This document shows positions 28,513-39,805 of a stretch of DNA of 62,124 nucleotides, piece by piece. Under the pieces are notes generated by a model that searched no databases, was not told the origin of the DNA, and worked only from the letters and a program-made list of their open reading frames with translations. Each line of letters opens with the position of its first letter. Position 1 is the stretch's first letter. The position numbers and the translations under genes are program-made. Source of the stretch: an uncultured Candidatus Saccharibacteria bacterium (GTDB lineage Bacteria; Patescibacteriota; UBA1384; 2-12-FULL-50-11); NCBI GenBank assembly GCA_964599405.1, contig CAZRED010000003.1:1-62124 (forward strand), read 5' to 3'.

Positions 28513-29582
28513 CCATGGTTGAGGCAATGACCACCGAGATGAAGCAGCTACTCGATTACGCCATCGAGAAGGGTTCGAGCGACTTGCATATTACGGTGGG
28601 GCTACCACCAATGATTCGCATTGACGGCAAACTACTGCCGATTCAAGACGCTGGCGTTGTTACGCCGGACGCTGCCCAACGGCTGTTGGTGAGCATAATG
28701 AACCAAGATCAAATGGAGCGCTTGCAGCAACGCCGCGAGCTGGACTTCTCTTTCGGCTACCAAAAAATGCGTTTTCGTACCAATGCTTTCTACCAAAAGG
28801 GCAACATTGGGGCCGCGCTACGCCTTATCCCTATGGCCATCAAAAAGATGGAGGAATTGGGTGTGCCGCCGATACTCGAGCGCTTTACTGAACCGAGCCA
28901 AGGCTTCGTGGTGATTACCGGGCCAACTGGTCACGGTAAATCAACGACTCTGGCGGCGCTAATTCAAGGGATTAACGCCAAACGGGCCGAACATATTATT
29001 ACTATTGAAGATCCGATTGAGTATGTCTTCGAGCACGACAAATCAATGATTGTCCAGCGGGAAGTTGGCTCCGACACCAACTCTTTCTCCCGAGCCCTCC
29101 GTTCGGCGCTGCGTGAAGACCCGAATGTGATTCTGGTTGGGGAGATGCGCGATTTAGAAACAATCGAAGCGGCCCTAACGCTAGCGGAAACCGGCCACCT
29201 GGTTTTCACCACTCTCCACACCAACTCCGCTGCCCAAACCGCTGACCGCATTATCGACGTTTTCCCGCCGCACCAACAGCAACAGGTGCGGATGCAGTTG
29301 GCTAACGTGCTACTTGGCGTTGTTTCGCAGCGTCTCCTACCACGTGTTCAGGGTGGACGAGTGCTCGCCACCGAAATAATGGTGGCCAATTCGGCCGTTC
29401 GCAACACTATTCGCGAAGGCAAAACTCATCAGTTACCTAATATTATTCAAACTTCGGCTTCCGAAGGTATGATCTCGCTCGATAAAGTTTTGGCCGAGTT
29501 GGTTAGCCGGGGCGAAATCACCATTGATACAGCGCTATCTTGGGCAATCGACCCCAAGGCCTTTAAGATGATGGTCTACTAG
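28513..29582 (+). CDS. pilT: retraction ATPase PilT
   Basis: SDLHITVG, GPTGHGKSTT, LREDPNVILVGEMRD, TLHTNSA. Confidence 0.95.
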
Positions 29583-29593
29583 CTAGTCTAACC

Positions 29594-30667
29594 ATGGCTA
29601 AACGTAACGGCTTCAGCGTCAATCGCTTACTCGGACGGGTTTCTTTCCAGGAGAAATCATTCGTTGCTCGCCAGCTGTCGGTGATGCTGGATGCTGGACT
29701 GCCCCTGACCCAAGCGATGCGCTCGCTTTCCGAGCAAACCGACAATCCGGTTTTGGAGAAAGTGCTCTCGCAGATTTTGCGCGATTTAGAAAACGGCTAC
29801 CGTCTTTCGGAAGCCGTCAAAAAACATCCCCAGATCTTTAACAACGTTTTCTACTCTGTGGTAGCGGCCGGGGAATCGTCCGGTAAGCTCGACGTCGCCT
29901 TAAACCTGTTGGCCGACGAAATGGAGCGCGATTTCGGCTTCCGCAGCAAGGTTGTTGGGGCGATGCTCTACCCAGCTTTTATTGTGGTGGCGATGTTTAT
30001 TGTTGGGGTAATTATGGTTACCCGCATTGTCCCAGCACTGGAATCGGTCTTTAGCGAAGCCAATATCGAGCTGCCTTGGACCACTCGAACGGTGGTTTGG
30101 GTAACTAATAGCATTATTGGCTATTGGTATGTTTACATTGTGCTGATCGCGCTGGCGATTTACTGGTTCACCCGCTACTCCGGCACGGCTGAAGGTAAAC
30201 GCTCAATTAACAACTTTATTATGCGCATTCCCGCCATCGGCAGCCTCTTTACCAACCTGGAGATGGCCCGAATGACCAGAATATTGGGAATCATGATTCA
30301 AGCCGGTGTGCCGATTATTCAGGCCTTAGATTCAGTAGCCTTGGTGATGGATAGTATAATTTATCGGGAAATACTCCAAATTGTTGCTAGGAACGTGGAA
30401 CGTGGCGCGCCGATTTCCCAAACGTTGGTAAAATTTGAGCAAATTCCTAGCACCGTTACCGAAATGATGGCCGCCGGCGAAAAAACCGGCAAATTAGAGC
30501 TAGTACTTTCCAAATTAGCGGACTTTTACGAAACCCAAACTAATCAATCGGTCAAAAATCTGGCCGCCCTCATTGAACCAGTGGTATTTGTGATTGTCGG
30601 GCTCGGTGTGGCCTTTATCGTTTTCTCGATTATTGTACCAATCTACAATCTTTCAGCCGCGTTCTAG
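29594..30667 (+). CDS. pilC: platform protein PilC/GspF
   Basis: RQLSVMLDAGLP, AGESSGKLD, YPAF, AGEKTGKL, LIEP. Confidence 0.94.
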   Translation: MAKRNGFSVNRLLGRVSFQEKSFVARQLSVMLDAGLPLTQAMRSLSEQTDNPVLEKVLSQILRDLENGYRLSEAVKKHPQIFNNVFYSVVAAGESSGKLDVALNLLADEMERDFGFRSKVVGAMLYPAFIVVAMFIVGVIMVTRIVPALESVFSEANIELPWTTRTVVWVTNSIIGYWYVYIVLIALAIYWFTRYSGTAEGKRSINNFIMRIPAIGSLFTNLEMARMTRILGIMIQAGVPIIQALDSVALVMDSIIYREILQIVARNVERGAPISQTLVKFEQIPSTVTEMMAAGEKTGKLELVLSKLADFYETQTNQSVKNLAALIEPVVFVIVGLGVAFIVFSIIVPIYNLSAAF

Positions 30668-30795
30668 AAAAAATTAGCACTCTTGACATAGTAGCCCAGC
30701 AGAGGTGTTATATAGGTAATGGCTTTCACCGATCTTACAAATGTGAGGGGCGGTCGACGAAAGTTATCTTCATTAATTTCCCTAAAGGAGGGATT

Positions 30796-31326
30796 ATGAA
30801 ACTGAAAATGAATATGAAAAAGGGCTTCACCCTTATTGAGCTGTTGGTGGTTATTGCCATTATCGGTATCTTGGCGGCTTTAATTATCGTTTCGCTTTCG
30901 GGCGCACGACAAAAAGCCACTGATACGCAGTACAAGAACAATATTCGCAACATCACGACAGCTCTGGAGCAGTACGCCCTTGACCAAACAACCCCAGCAT
31001 ACCCAGGGAACGCTTCGGCTGGAACACATCAAGTTATTGCTGCGACAACGGTTATGGCGGGTGGCGATACGTTCGGGGACTTCTTGAGTCCATACCTTGC
31101 TGGTGGCGACGGTTCGCAAGCTTGGGATTATGACAGCCAAATAGCTCTTTATGAAGCGGGTGCCTCTAACCTGTCTTGGGCAGCTTTTGTTCAGCTGTTA
31201 AGCAGTACGGACAAGGGTTCCGGAACGATTGATGGTGCAGCAAATATAACCGTCAATAGTATTGACTTTGTCGCAACCGGTTTGTCGGCTGGTGAACGCG
31301 CTTTCGCCGTTTCTGGTCCGAACTAG
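30796..31326 (+). CDS. major type IV pilin candidate
   Basis: G|FTLIELLVVIAIIGILAA; strong AAGGAGG RBS; own terminator. Confidence 0.92.
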   Translation: MKLKMNMKKGFTLIELLVVIAIIGILAALIIVSLSGARQKATDTQYKNNIRNITTALEQYALDQTTPAYPGNASAGTHQVIAATTVMAGGDTFGDFLSPYLAGGDGSQAWDYDSQIALYEAGASNLSWAAFVQLLSSTDKGSGTIDGAANITVNSIDFVATGLSAGERAFAVSGPN

Positions 31327-31341
31327 ATTTGACTAGCTAGT

Positions 31342-31376
31342 CAAAAAGAAAACCCCGTTCTGGGGTTTTTCTTTTT
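31342..31376. terminator. bidirectional intrinsic terminator
   Basis: aaaaagaaaacccc-gttct-ggggtttttctttt. Confidence 0.85.
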
Positions 31377-31402
31377 GAGGTGATTATGGGTAAGATATAA
31401 CT

Positions 31403-32188
31403 ATGTTATCTGGGGGGGTAATCGCAGCCTTTGTCTTTGGGCTTATCTACGGCTCGTTTCTGAACGTGGTAATCCTGCGCTGGGACGACTGGATGTCAAT
31501 CATTACCGGTCGCTCCAGCTGTCCGAGCTGCAAGAATAACCTTCGCTGGTTTGATATGGTGCCGGTATTAAGCTTTTTAACGCTAGCCGGCCGCTGTCGT
31601 TACTGTCAGAAACCAATTTCCTGGCAGTACCCAGTTGTAGAACTTGGTACAGCAATATTGGTGGCAGTGGGGTACCAAACCATATTTTCTGCCGGCTTAA
31701 CCGACGCCACTGGCGCTGTAATCGCCTTTTTAGCCTATTTGGTGGTAGTTGGCCTATTGGTCAGCGTGTTCTTTCACGATCTCTACGAAATGCTGGTTCC
31801 GGATGTGATGGGCTATATTCTACTAGTGGCCGCCGCGGTTTTTGGGGTGATTTACTACGGCTGGCTCGATACGCTTTACGGGCTGCTGGTGGGGGTGGTG
31901 CCAATTGCGCTGCTGGTATATCCGTCGGGCGGCCGGTGGATGGGTGAAGGCGACGTCAAAATTGCTGCCGGAATCGGAGCATTTGTTGGTTGGCCGGTGG
32001 CGATAGTTTTCCTGCTGCTATCGTTCTTCTTGGGTGGACTCTACGGCGTTTTCGGACTAACCGTTGGAAAAGTGAAAATGAAAACAGCAGTGCCGTTTGC
32101 GCCGTTTCTAATTGTCGGGGGGCTACTGGCCTTTTTCTACGGACAAACACTAATTGCGTGGTATTTTAATAGTGGCTATGGGTTATAA
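31403..32188 (+). CDS. pilD: prepilin peptidase
   Basis: YGSFLNVVI, RSSCPSC, CRYC, GEGDVK, VPFAPF. Confidence 0.94.
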   Translation: MLSGGVIAAFVFGLIYGSFLNVVILRWDDWMSIITGRSSCPSCKNNLRWFDMVPVLSFLTLAGRCRYCQKPISWQYPVVELGTAILVAVGYQTIFSAGLTDATGAVIAFLAYLVVVGLLVSVFFHDLYEMLVPDVMGYILLVAAAVFGVIYYGWLDTLYGLLVGVVPIALLVYPSGGRWMGEGDVKIAAGIGAFVGWPVAIVFLLLSFFLGGLYGVFGLTVGKVKMKTAVPFAPFLIVGGLLAFFYGQTLIAWYFNSGYGL

Positions 32189-32816
32189 GCGACGAGGCTA
32201 CACCTTACTGGAAGTACTGGTTACCACGGCGATTATCGGCTTGTTAATCGGCCTGTTGCTGCCCAACATTGATCGCTCGCTCGATAAAAACAATATTTCC
32301 AATGATATCGACCTGCTTAAGGCTAAAATCGAAGAAGTTCGGCTGCTTTCCGGCTCTACCCAGCAAGACGACGTGTCCAGTGCCACCGGTGGCGTAACTA
32401 GCGACGAAACGGGCTACTACGGCATTGTCATTCCATCTGGACAGGTGGGCTATCTGGGAATTGTCCGGATTTCTTACCCACTAGACGAACTTTCTAACAG
32501 TCCAACCTGGTGCGATATTGACGGACAAGCAGGCGTGATTGCTCAAACCACCAACGACAAGGGCGACTGCCTGATCGAAAGAGTGGCCTTAAGTAGCGGT
32601 GTTACCCTAGCCGATAACGCCACCGACCAAATAATTGCTTTTCGTGTCCCGGCCCAGCGGCTGGTCCGGATTATCGATGGGGCTGGGGGCTGGACCGAAG
32701 AACCGCCGCGGTTCGATAATCCATTTCTTTTTTCATTGACATATCCCGGCGTCAAAGCGAAAGTAAAGTTAGATGACTACTCGGGGAGGGTAACGGTGCA
32801 ATATGTACAAGATTAA
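32178..32816 (+). CDS. minor pilin (FimT/FimU-like position)
   Basis: G|YTLLEVLV prepilin site. Confidence 0.85.
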   Translation: MGYKRRGYTLLEVLVTTAIIGLLIGLLLPNIDRSLDKNNISNDIDLLKAKIEEVRLLSGSTQQDDVSSATGGVTSDETGYYGIVIPSGQVGYLGIVRISYPLDELSNSPTWCDIDGQAGVIAQTTNDKGDCLIERVALSSGVTLADNATDQIIAFRVPAQRLVRIIDGAGGWTEEPPRFDNPFLFSLTYPGVKAKVKLDDYSGRVTVQYVQD

Positions 32817-33582
32817 AAATAGCTTCACCCTAATTGAGGTGTTGGTGGCCGGTAGCGTGCTGTTTATTGTTTCGGCGGCAGTGGTTGGTTTAAGTAACTC
32901 GATTATCCAGGGTACAGCGCTGACTACCGATGAAGCTGTTGCTAACCGCCTTTCTACCGAAGGGTTGGAAGTTGTCACCAAAATTCGCGACGACCAACTT
33001 AAACAAGCCTCTTACCAATCCGGACGATTTGTTTGGTTTGACCCGGCAGAAACCAGCGCTGGCTACGGTTGGTACATGCTCGAGGAAGAAACTGCCAACC
33101 CTAACTCTTGGCAACTGCAACCACAAAGCGCCCTGCCGAACGTCATCAACACTGCTGATGGAACCTTTGACGTTGCCCAAGCCCAACATCTTCCAGTCGG
33201 AACAATCGATTTTTACCGGTTAATCTGTGTTGAGGCGGTAGCGGGCAGCGACAACCAAGCTGACGGATCCTTGAACTGTAATACCCGCTCAAACCCCGGC
33301 GATCCGCCAATTATCGTTAACGACGGCGACCGTCAGTTGGCGGTACTAACAAATAACTGTTTTTCGGACGGCGCCAACGCCAATGAGTATAAAGAAGATA
33401 TTTACTGCCAGTTCACAGAAACTAGTATTAATCGCAACAGAATCACTACTACTAACGAAAAAATCATTCCCGACGGCAACGCCGTGAAGGTGCGTAGCGT
33501 GGTGGTTTGGAACGACAAAGGTCGTTACCGCTCTAGTGCCACGGCCACGCTGTTTACTAACTGGCAGTCGGTAGTTGACTAA
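32803..33582 (+). CDS. minor pilin (PilV-like position)
   Basis: S|FTLIEVLVA prepilin-like site. Confidence 0.82.
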   Translation: MYKIKNSFTLIEVLVAGSVLFIVSAAVVGLSNSIIQGTALTTDEAVANRLSTEGLEVVTKIRDDQLKQASYQSGRFVWFDPAETSAGYGWYMLEEETANPNSWQLQPQSALPNVINTADGTFDVAQAQHLPVGTIDFYRLICVEAVAGSDNQADGSLNCNTRSNPGDPPIIVNDGDRQLAVLTNNCFSDGANANEYKEDIYCQFTETSINRNRITTTNEKIIPDGNAVKVRSVVVWNDKGRYRSSATATLFTNWQSVVD

Positions 33583-34289
33583 TGTTTGTTGGTAAAAAAC
33601 GGGGCTTCACCCTAATTGAATTATTAGTTGCCGTATCAATTTTTTCCGGGATTATTGTTTTGACTCTTGGTGCATTTGCCCGCAGCGCTAGCTCGTCCCA
33701 AAAAAGCTCGGCGATCCGGGAGCGAACCGAAGCGGCTCGAACAATTGTCGACCGAATCGGTAACGACGTTCAATATCTTTACACCGATCAGCCGTTTATG
33801 GCGACCACTAACGAATGCAATAGCTCAACCACTCCAGTTCAAGCCTTGGGCCTGTATTTCAATGAAAGTAGCTGTCTGTTTTTAGTCCTGGAATATCCTG
33901 ATTCAGCCGAACTAGTAGCGAAACGCTATCTACGTACCAATCGGTTAATTGGTAATGTGGTATACAAAACACTTTCACTAGAAGAATCTAGGGAGTGTCG
34001 GATTGAAGCTGGGGCGCTATCTTGCGATGATCGTGATACTTCCCGCTTGGGGACAATAATTGGCGAAAAATACCTACTGGCCAGCGAAAACGAGCCCTCA
34101 TACCTAGCCGAACCACTCTTTTCGGGAATCACGCCGCTGCAGGCAGCTAGCGCTAACCCCCCAACTACGGCGATCATGCGTCTCAATGTTATTGTTAAGG
34201 GCACTGACGTCGCCAACGAGCCCTGCAAGCTCGATCCTCCGTCCAGCCACTGTTACACCATTAAAACGTCATTTGTTGTTGGGAATTAG
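33582..34289 (+). CDS. minor pilin (PilW-like position)
   Basis: G|FTLIELLVA. Confidence 0.85.
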   Translation: MFVGKKRGFTLIELLVAVSIFSGIIVLTLGAFARSASSSQKSSAIRERTEAARTIVDRIGNDVQYLYTDQPFMATTNECNSSTTPVQALGLYFNESSCLFLVLEYPDSAELVAKRYLRTNRLIGNVVYKTLSLEESRECRIEAGALSCDDRDTSRLGTIIGEKYLLASENEPSYLAEPLFSGITPLQAASANPPTTAIMRLNVIVKGTDVANEPCKLDPPSSHCYTIKTSFVVGN

Positions 34290-35255
34290 ATGCGATACGC
34301 TATTGATATGCACAACGGGGGGGAACGACGGGGTAGCGCTTTGATCATGGTGATGTTAGTTGTCGCCAGCATCACTACTATTGTCTTTGCCACCCAACGG
34401 ATCGCCCTGGTGCAATTCAGCCAATCGGTTCGCGAAGAAGATAACTTGGCCGCCTACTACGCTGCCAAAGCCGGCGTTGAAGATGGCTTGCTGCGCTATC
34501 ATTTTGACCGCAACGTCCAAACCGAGAATGATTCAATCTTCCGTTTCGATCTGACAGCGGCCGCTACACCGGATTCCGCCGGTACAGTTCCGTACGAAAT
34601 CCCCGCCAACACGCCAATTACCGACGGCGTTGACGGTGACTTTGACCCGAGCCATCAATACTACGATTTAGCAATATCTTACAAAACCAAAACGATTAAT
34701 TTTAATGAAAACGGCAATCCGGTTTTCAGCACTGACTTTGCCGTTGCGACTGACGACACACTAACCTTAACCGGTTTTCCCATTTCTAATACGCCGTACT
34801 ACCTGCGTTACGCCTTTAAGTTTGATTCAGCTTGTGCCAACTTGTCGCAGGCTCGGATTACCTTACAGCAGGTTATTACAGACAGTAGTGGTAACCAGTC
34901 TTCCAGCCAGGTGCTAGTAGAGTATTCGCCTAGCCTGCCGGACTTTACCTACGATTCGAGCGCTAATGTTGCCAATTTGCCAATCCGTACACAAGCTGGG
35001 GATTTAGTCTCGTCGGTGCGGATTCGAGCCTACTACTGCGGGTTCCAATACGCCTTCGCTACCAGCCAAGAAATTGATGGCCGAGGTGGCGATACGGACG
35101 ACCCAGAGTTTGACAGCCTGATTAGCGAAATTCTTTCGACCGGTTACTTCGGTGGCGCCAAGCGCACCCTGGTGGCGGCAATAAACCGTCAAACCGGTGA
35201 TTTAATCGGCATCTTTGACTTCTTGCTCTATTCGGGTGGTAACATTCGCCGTTAA
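34290..35255 (+). CDS. PilX-like minor pilin
   Basis: RG|SALIMVM lacking E5, AYYAAKAGVEDGL. Confidence 0.82.
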   Translation: MRYAIDMHNGGERRGSALIMVMLVVASITTIVFATQRIALVQFSQSVREEDNLAAYYAAKAGVEDGLLRYHFDRNVQTENDSIFRFDLTAAATPDSAGTVPYEIPANTPITDGVDGDFDPSHQYYDLAISYKTKTINFNENGNPVFSTDFAVATDDTLTLTGFPISNTPYYLRYAFKFDSACANLSQARITLQQVITDSSGNQSSSQVLVEYSPSLPDFTYDSSANVANLPIRTQAGDLVSSVRIRAYYCGFQYAFATSQEIDGRGGDTDDPEFDSLISEILSTGYFGGAKRTLVAAINRQTGDLIGIFDFLLYSGGNIRR

Positions 35256-35290
35256 GCAAAGCCTCTGGTTCTTGTGGTATATTCAACCCC

Positions 35291-35710
35291 ATGACGAAAT
35301 ACGTTATTCATACTGACGGCGCTTCTCGTGGTAATCCTGGCGATGCCGCCATCGCCTATGTCATCAACCAAGACAATAATTTAACCGAGTACTGCCAGCG
35401 GATCGGCGAAACTACCAATAATATTGCTGAATATCAGGCAATGCAGGCGGCGCTCGAAAAGTTAATTGAGATGAGCGTCGAACACTCCCAACTGGATTTT
35501 TTTTCGGACAGCGAATTGATGGTCAAGCAGCTGCTGGGGGAGTATCGGGTAAAAGACGCAAAGCTGCGCCCCCTTTACGACTCGATCCAATCTATGCTTA
35601 CTAAACTACAGAGCGACGGGAACCACTACACCCTCAACGCTATCCGCCGCCAATACAACAAACGGGCTGATGAGCTGGCCAACCACGCCTTAGACAATCA
35701 CCGGGCGTAA
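35291..35710 (+). CDS. rnhA: ribonuclease HI family protein
   Basis: TDGASRGNPG, TNNIAEY, SDSELMVKQ, NKRADELAN. Confidence 0.93.
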   Translation: MTKYVIHTDGASRGNPGDAAIAYVINQDNNLTEYCQRIGETTNNIAEYQAMQAALEKLIEMSVEHSQLDFFSDSELMVKQLLGEYRVKDAKLRPLYDSIQSMLTKLQSDGNHYTLNAIRRQYNKRADELANHALDNHRA

Positions 35711-36822
35711 TGCGCCGTTTCTTTAACCTACCGATCGACTGGTTTGCGCTACTGGTGCCGATTGTCATTTCGGCTACCGGCATTATCACAATTTTCACCA
35801 TCACCTATCAAGAGCATGGCTATCGTCTCGCCATCGATCAAAGCGTCTTTTTCTTGCTAGGTCTGGGGGCGTTGGCGTATTTTATGTTTAGCGACTACCG
35901 TTCGCTGCAAGCCTACAGCAAGGTTATTTATTTCGTCGGTATTCTGCTGTTGGTTCCGCTGCTGCCGCTGATTGCTCAAAACGTGTCATTTATCCCAAAG
36001 GTTTTTGGTGCTCACCGTTGGTTGGATTTTGGTTTTTTCCAACTCCAACCGGCGGAAATTTTCAAGCTGATTGCAGCGATTGTTGGTGCGAGCATTCTCT
36101 CAAAACAAATTGGCCGGGTTAACCTAAAAACCATTGGGTTTTATATTGCTGTTGCCGCCATACCGCTTTCGATGGTCCTGTTTCAGCCAGATCTTGGCAC
36201 CACTGCCCTGCTTTTTACAATTTTTTTAGTAATTTTCTTTGCTGGCCGTCCCTCTTGGCGGGTAATTATAGTTTTTCTGGTTGGCCTAGCGGTATTGGCG
36301 GGGCTTGTTTACTCCAACCTCCAGCCCTATCAGCGCAACCGCATTGAAACTTTCCTTAACCCTGCTTCCGACCCGTTAGGGGAAGGCTACAATGTCCGCC
36401 AGTCGCTGATTGCCGTCGGTAGTGGCGGATTAGTTGGGCGAGGCTTTGGGCAGGGTTCACAGACGGTGCTAAATTTTCTACCAGTGCCGCACGCCGATTT
36501 TATCTACGCCGGTTACGCCGAGGCCACTGGCTTCATTGGCTCGTTTATTCTATTACTGCTCTACACTGTGCTGATTTTTAGGGCACTGGCAATTGCCCGG
36601 GATTCCACTGACCCATTCGGTCAGTTACTAGCGATTGGAATTGCCACCAAATTCTTTATCCAGTCAGCTGTGCACATTGGTATGAACGTCGGTTTATTGC
36701 CAGTCACCGGTATTCCATTGCCGTTTATGTCATACGGCGGCACGGCGTTGATTGTGGATATGGCGGCGGTGGGGATACTCCAGAGTATTGCCATTCGCCA
36801 CAAGCGCGTGGTTTTTGGCTAA
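35710..36822 (+). CDS. rodA: SEDS rod shape-determining protein RodA
   Basis: LQPAEIFK, QPDLGT, QRNRIETFLNP..DPLGEGYN, HADFI, LPFMSYGG. Confidence 0.92.
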   Translation: MRRFFNLPIDWFALLVPIVISATGIITIFTITYQEHGYRLAIDQSVFFLLGLGALAYFMFSDYRSLQAYSKVIYFVGILLLVPLLPLIAQNVSFIPKVFGAHRWLDFGFFQLQPAEIFKLIAAIVGASILSKQIGRVNLKTIGFYIAVAAIPLSMVLFQPDLGTTALLFTIFLVIFFAGRPSWRVIIVFLVGLAVLAGLVYSNLQPYQRNRIETFLNPASDPLGEGYNVRQSLIAVGSGGLVGRGFGQGSQTVLNFLPVPHADFIYAGYAEATGFIGSFILLLLYTVLIFRALAIARDSTDPFGQLLAIGIATKFFIQSAVHIGMNVGLLPVTGIPLPFMSYGGTALIVDMAAVGILQSIAIRHKRVVFG

Positions 36823-36827
36823 GTACG

Positions 36828-36856
36828 TTGACGTTTCCTGGTATTTTTCGTACAAT
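36828..36856 (+). promoter_or_regulatory. sigma70 promoter of rplU-secE-nusG-rplK
   Basis: TTGACG-17 bp-TACAAT. Confidence 0.75.
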
Positions 36857-36868
36857 ATTCTCTGTTAC

Positions 36869-37231
36869 ATGAGCGAAGCAACCCCTAAAACAATGTTGGT
36901 AATTGAAGTCGGCGGCAAGCAACACTTGGCTGGTGTTGGCAGTAAGCTAGTAATTAGTGGTGTAACTGCCAAAGAAGGCGAGACTATTACCGCCAAAGAT
37001 TTATTAACTAATAAGGAAGTTTCACTCAAAGTACTTAAGGATTTTCTCGGTGAAAAAATTCACGGATTGAAATTCAAAAACAAAGTTCGCTACACCCGTC
37101 GCTACGGCCACCGCCAGCAAATGGCGTTAGTCGAAGTTGCTGGGTCAGCTGCTAAAGCGGTGAAACCAGCCGTAAAAGCCAAGCCAACGGTCAAACCAGC
37201 TGTTAAAAAAGCCAAGGTGGTTAAGAAATGA
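36869..37231 (+). CDS. rplU: 50S ribosomal protein bL21 with Lys/Ala-rich tail
   Basis: VIEVGGKQH, KFKNKVRYTRRYGHRQ; start moved to ATG 36869. Confidence 0.92.
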   Translation: MSEATPKTMLVIEVGGKQHLAGVGSKLVISGVTAKEGETITAKDLLTNKEVSLKVLKDFLGEKIHGLKFKNKVRYTRRYGHRQQMALVEVAGSAAKAVKPAVKAKPTVKPAVKKAKVVKK

Positions 37232-37404
37232 TTAGCTACTTTCGTTCTGTTATTGAGGAAGGAAAAAAAGTTGTTTGGCCAACCCGTCAAACGATCGTTC
37301 GCCACACCGCTATGGTCACTATAAGCGTTATCATTGCTGCTGCCATTTTTGCCAGTGTTGATTACGGCTTCCAGCAATTGGTACTGGCCAGCTTAACAAA
37401 GTAA
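37228..37404 (+). CDS. secE: preprotein translocase SecE (not in ORF track, 58 aa)
   Basis: MISYFRSVIEEGKKVVWPTR, single TM, VDYG; directly before nusG. Confidence 0.93.
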   Translation: MISYFRSVIEEGKKVVWPTRQTIVRHTAMVTISVIIAAAIFASVDYGFQQLVLASLTK

Positions 37405-37406
37405 CG

Positions 37407-37988
37407 ATGGCGGACATTGATTTAAAAACTACCGAAGACAGCCAAGAAGACGCCCGCCAATCCGGTAAGGGCGGTTGGTATGTTATCCACACCTACGCCG
37501 GTTACGAAGACCAAGTATCGGAGAATATTAAACAACGCGCCGAAAATCTGAAGCTGAAAGACTTCATCTTCGACGTTGTGGTTCCTAAAGAAAAACAGGT
37601 AGAAATTCGTAATGGCAAACGGAGGATTGTTGAGAAGCGCAGTTTCCCGGGTTACGTTTTTGTTAATATGATTGTTACCGACGAGTCATGGTACGTTGTT
37701 CGCAACACCCCTAGTGTCACCGGATTTTTGGGCAGCGGCGTTCGCCCAACCCCCATTCCCCAGTCAGAGATTGATGCAATTAAAGTTAAGATGGCTCGTG
37801 ACGAACCGGAGCATACAATCGACTTACAAATTGACGACCTAGTCCGGATTAACGATGGTCCGCTTAAGGGTTACGAAGGCAAGATTACTGTCGTCGATCA
37901 TGCCAAGGGGAAGATTAAAGTCTCCGTTTCAATGTTTGGCCGCGAAACTCCGGTCAATTTAGACTTTTTACAAGTTAAAAAAATGTAA
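37407..37988 (+). CDS. nusG: transcription factor NusG
   Basis: [38 protein letters not shown]. Confidence 0.97.
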   Translation: MADIDLKTTEDSQEDARQSGKGGWYVIHTYAGYEDQVSENIKQRAENLKLKDFIFDVVVPKEKQVEIRNGKRRIVEKRSFPGYVFVNMIVTDESWYVVRNTPSVTGFLGSGVRPTPIPQSEIDAIKVKMARDEPEHTIDLQIDDLVRINDGPLKGYEGKITVVDHAKGKIKVSVSMFGRETPVNLDFLQVKKM

Positions 37989-37990
37989 TC

Positions 37991-38416
37991 ATGGCCAAAA
38001 AAGTAAAAATAGTAATTAAGCTTCAAGCCCCAGCCGGTAAAGCCACGCCCGGTCAGCAGATTGGTACAGCGCTCGGACCGCACGGCGTTAATATGATGGA
38101 GTTCATTACCCAGTTTAACGAGCGCACTAAAGCGATGGGCGACACCGTTATTCCGGTGGAGCTGACAGTCTACGAAGATCGAACATTTAGTTTTGTCACC
38201 AAAACTCCGCCCGCCGCTATTCAGCTGCTGAAGGCCGCCGGTTTGGAGAAGGGCTCACAGACACCGCGTAAAGAAAAAGTTGGCAAAGTCACCAAAGCCC
38301 AGATTACTGCTATTGCCGAGAACAAGATGGTGGACTTAAATGCCCGCACCATTGAGCAAGCCTCCAAAATCATTGAAGGCACCGCCAAGTCAATGGGCAT
38401 TGATATTGTTGGCTGA
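37991..38416 (+). CDS. rplK: 50S ribosomal protein uL11
   Basis: [24 protein letters not shown]. Confidence 0.97.
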   Translation: MAKKVKIVIKLQAPAGKATPGQQIGTALGPHGVNMMEFITQFNERTKAMGDTVIPVELTVYEDRTFSFVTKTPPAAIQLLKAAGLEKGSQTPRKEKVGKVTKAQITAIAENKMVDLNARTIEQASKIIEGTAKSMGIDIVG

Positions 38417-38680
38417 AGCCAACAAAACACTTCTCACAGTGTCTACGACACTGTTCGCAGTCGACATTGCAAATAAGTAACGAAAAAGCCGGACGTAAAC
38501 GCCCGGCCTTTCCTAATCCCTCACTGCTGATCGACACCTGCATAAAGCAAATTTTTCCCGGCCGAACTTTACGGGGCCAGGGGTGGCGAAGCAGGAAGGT
38601 GCCAAAACTCCATATATATAATGAAGCACTGACAGCTGCCTACTCGACAAGCTTGGGAAAAATACCATACCCTAAAGATA

Positions 38681-39805
38681 ATGTCAATAGCAAGCGGGGT
38701 ACCAGCGTCGCTAAGTGGGGGTAATCCGCCCACTATACCCAAACAGCACTTTTTCGATATTGCTCCCGAGCAAATTGCCGCGTTAGCGGCGGTTGACGTG
38801 ATAGGTCCGGCCGCCTGGACGAAAATTCGCCAACACTTTCCTAGTTTGAGTAATTTTCTGAAAACGCCCCAGTCGGCTCTGGCGGGTATTCTTAACCAGT
38901 CACAATTTGCTGGGCTCCGCCTCCGCCAAAGTGCCATCGCTATCCCGAAAACGATGGCGTTAATTACTCTTGACGATCAGCGCTACCCAGCGCTCCTTCG
39001 GGAAGTTAACGATCCGCCGCTTTGGTTGTTTTTCATGGGAAACCACAAAGTATTAACCGGCAAGACTTTAGCCGTGGTTGGTAGTCGCAAACACAGCTCG
39101 TATGCCAGTGAGGCGATTGAACAACTCCTTCCCGACCCAATCGCCAAGAACCTTATTATTATTTCTGGATTGGCATATGGCATTGATAAATTAGCTCACC
39201 AACGCTGCATCGCTGCCGGCGGCAAGACCGTCGCCGTGTTAGCGTGTGGACTGGACAGAATATACCCATCAAACCACGAACAGTTGGCTAAAAAAATCGT
39301 TGAAACTGGCGGCGCGTTGATTAGCGAATATCCGCCTGGCTCGCCAGCGCTACCGTTTAAGTTTCCCATTCGCAACCGCATTATCGCCGGGCTGTCGCGT
39401 GCGACGTTGGTGGTGGAGGCGGCGGTTAAATCTGGCACGATGATAACTGCGCGGAGCACGATTGATTACAATCGCGAACTGTTTGTCGTGCCAGGCGACA
39501 TCACCCGCACCACCAGCGAAGGCTGCAATTATTTAATTGCTCAAGGGGCTACACCACTAATTACCCCAGTGCAGCTGAAGCATTTTTTCAGTATTTTGCT
39601 CAAACGTCGTGTCCCAATTCTTGACCAACCCAGTAGTGAGCTTGTAGACTTACTGGCCAGGCAACCTCGTCGTATTGACCAACTCGTTGCTGATACGGGA
39701 CAATCAGTCGAGGTTGTCTTACAGAAATTGACGGAGCTGGAATTAGCTGGCACCGTTTATCAAGTCCGCCCAGGGATATACCAAACAAAGAAAAAACATG
39801 TCTAA
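38681..39805 (+). CDS. dprA: DNA-protecting protein DprA
   Basis: AVVGSRK, ISGLAYGID, FPIRNRIIAGLS, VEAAVKSGTMITA, C-terminal wHTH. Confidence 0.95.
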   Translation: MSIASGVPASLSGGNPPTIPKQHFFDIAPEQIAALAAVDVIGPAAWTKIRQHFPSLSNFLKTPQSALAGILNQSQFAGLRLRQSAIAIPKTMALITLDDQRYPALLREVNDPPLWLFFMGNHKVLTGKTLAVVGSRKHSSYASEAIEQLLPDPIAKNLIIISGLAYGIDKLAHQRCIAAGGKTVAVLACGLDRIYPSNHEQLAKKIVETGGALISEYPPGSPALPFKFPIRNRIIAGLSRATLVVEAAVKSGTMITARSTIDYNRELFVVPGDITRTTSEGCNYLIAQGATPLITPVQLKHFFSILLKRRVPILDQPSSELVDLLARQPRRIDQLVADTGQSVEVVLQKLTELELAGTVYQVRPGIYQTKKKHV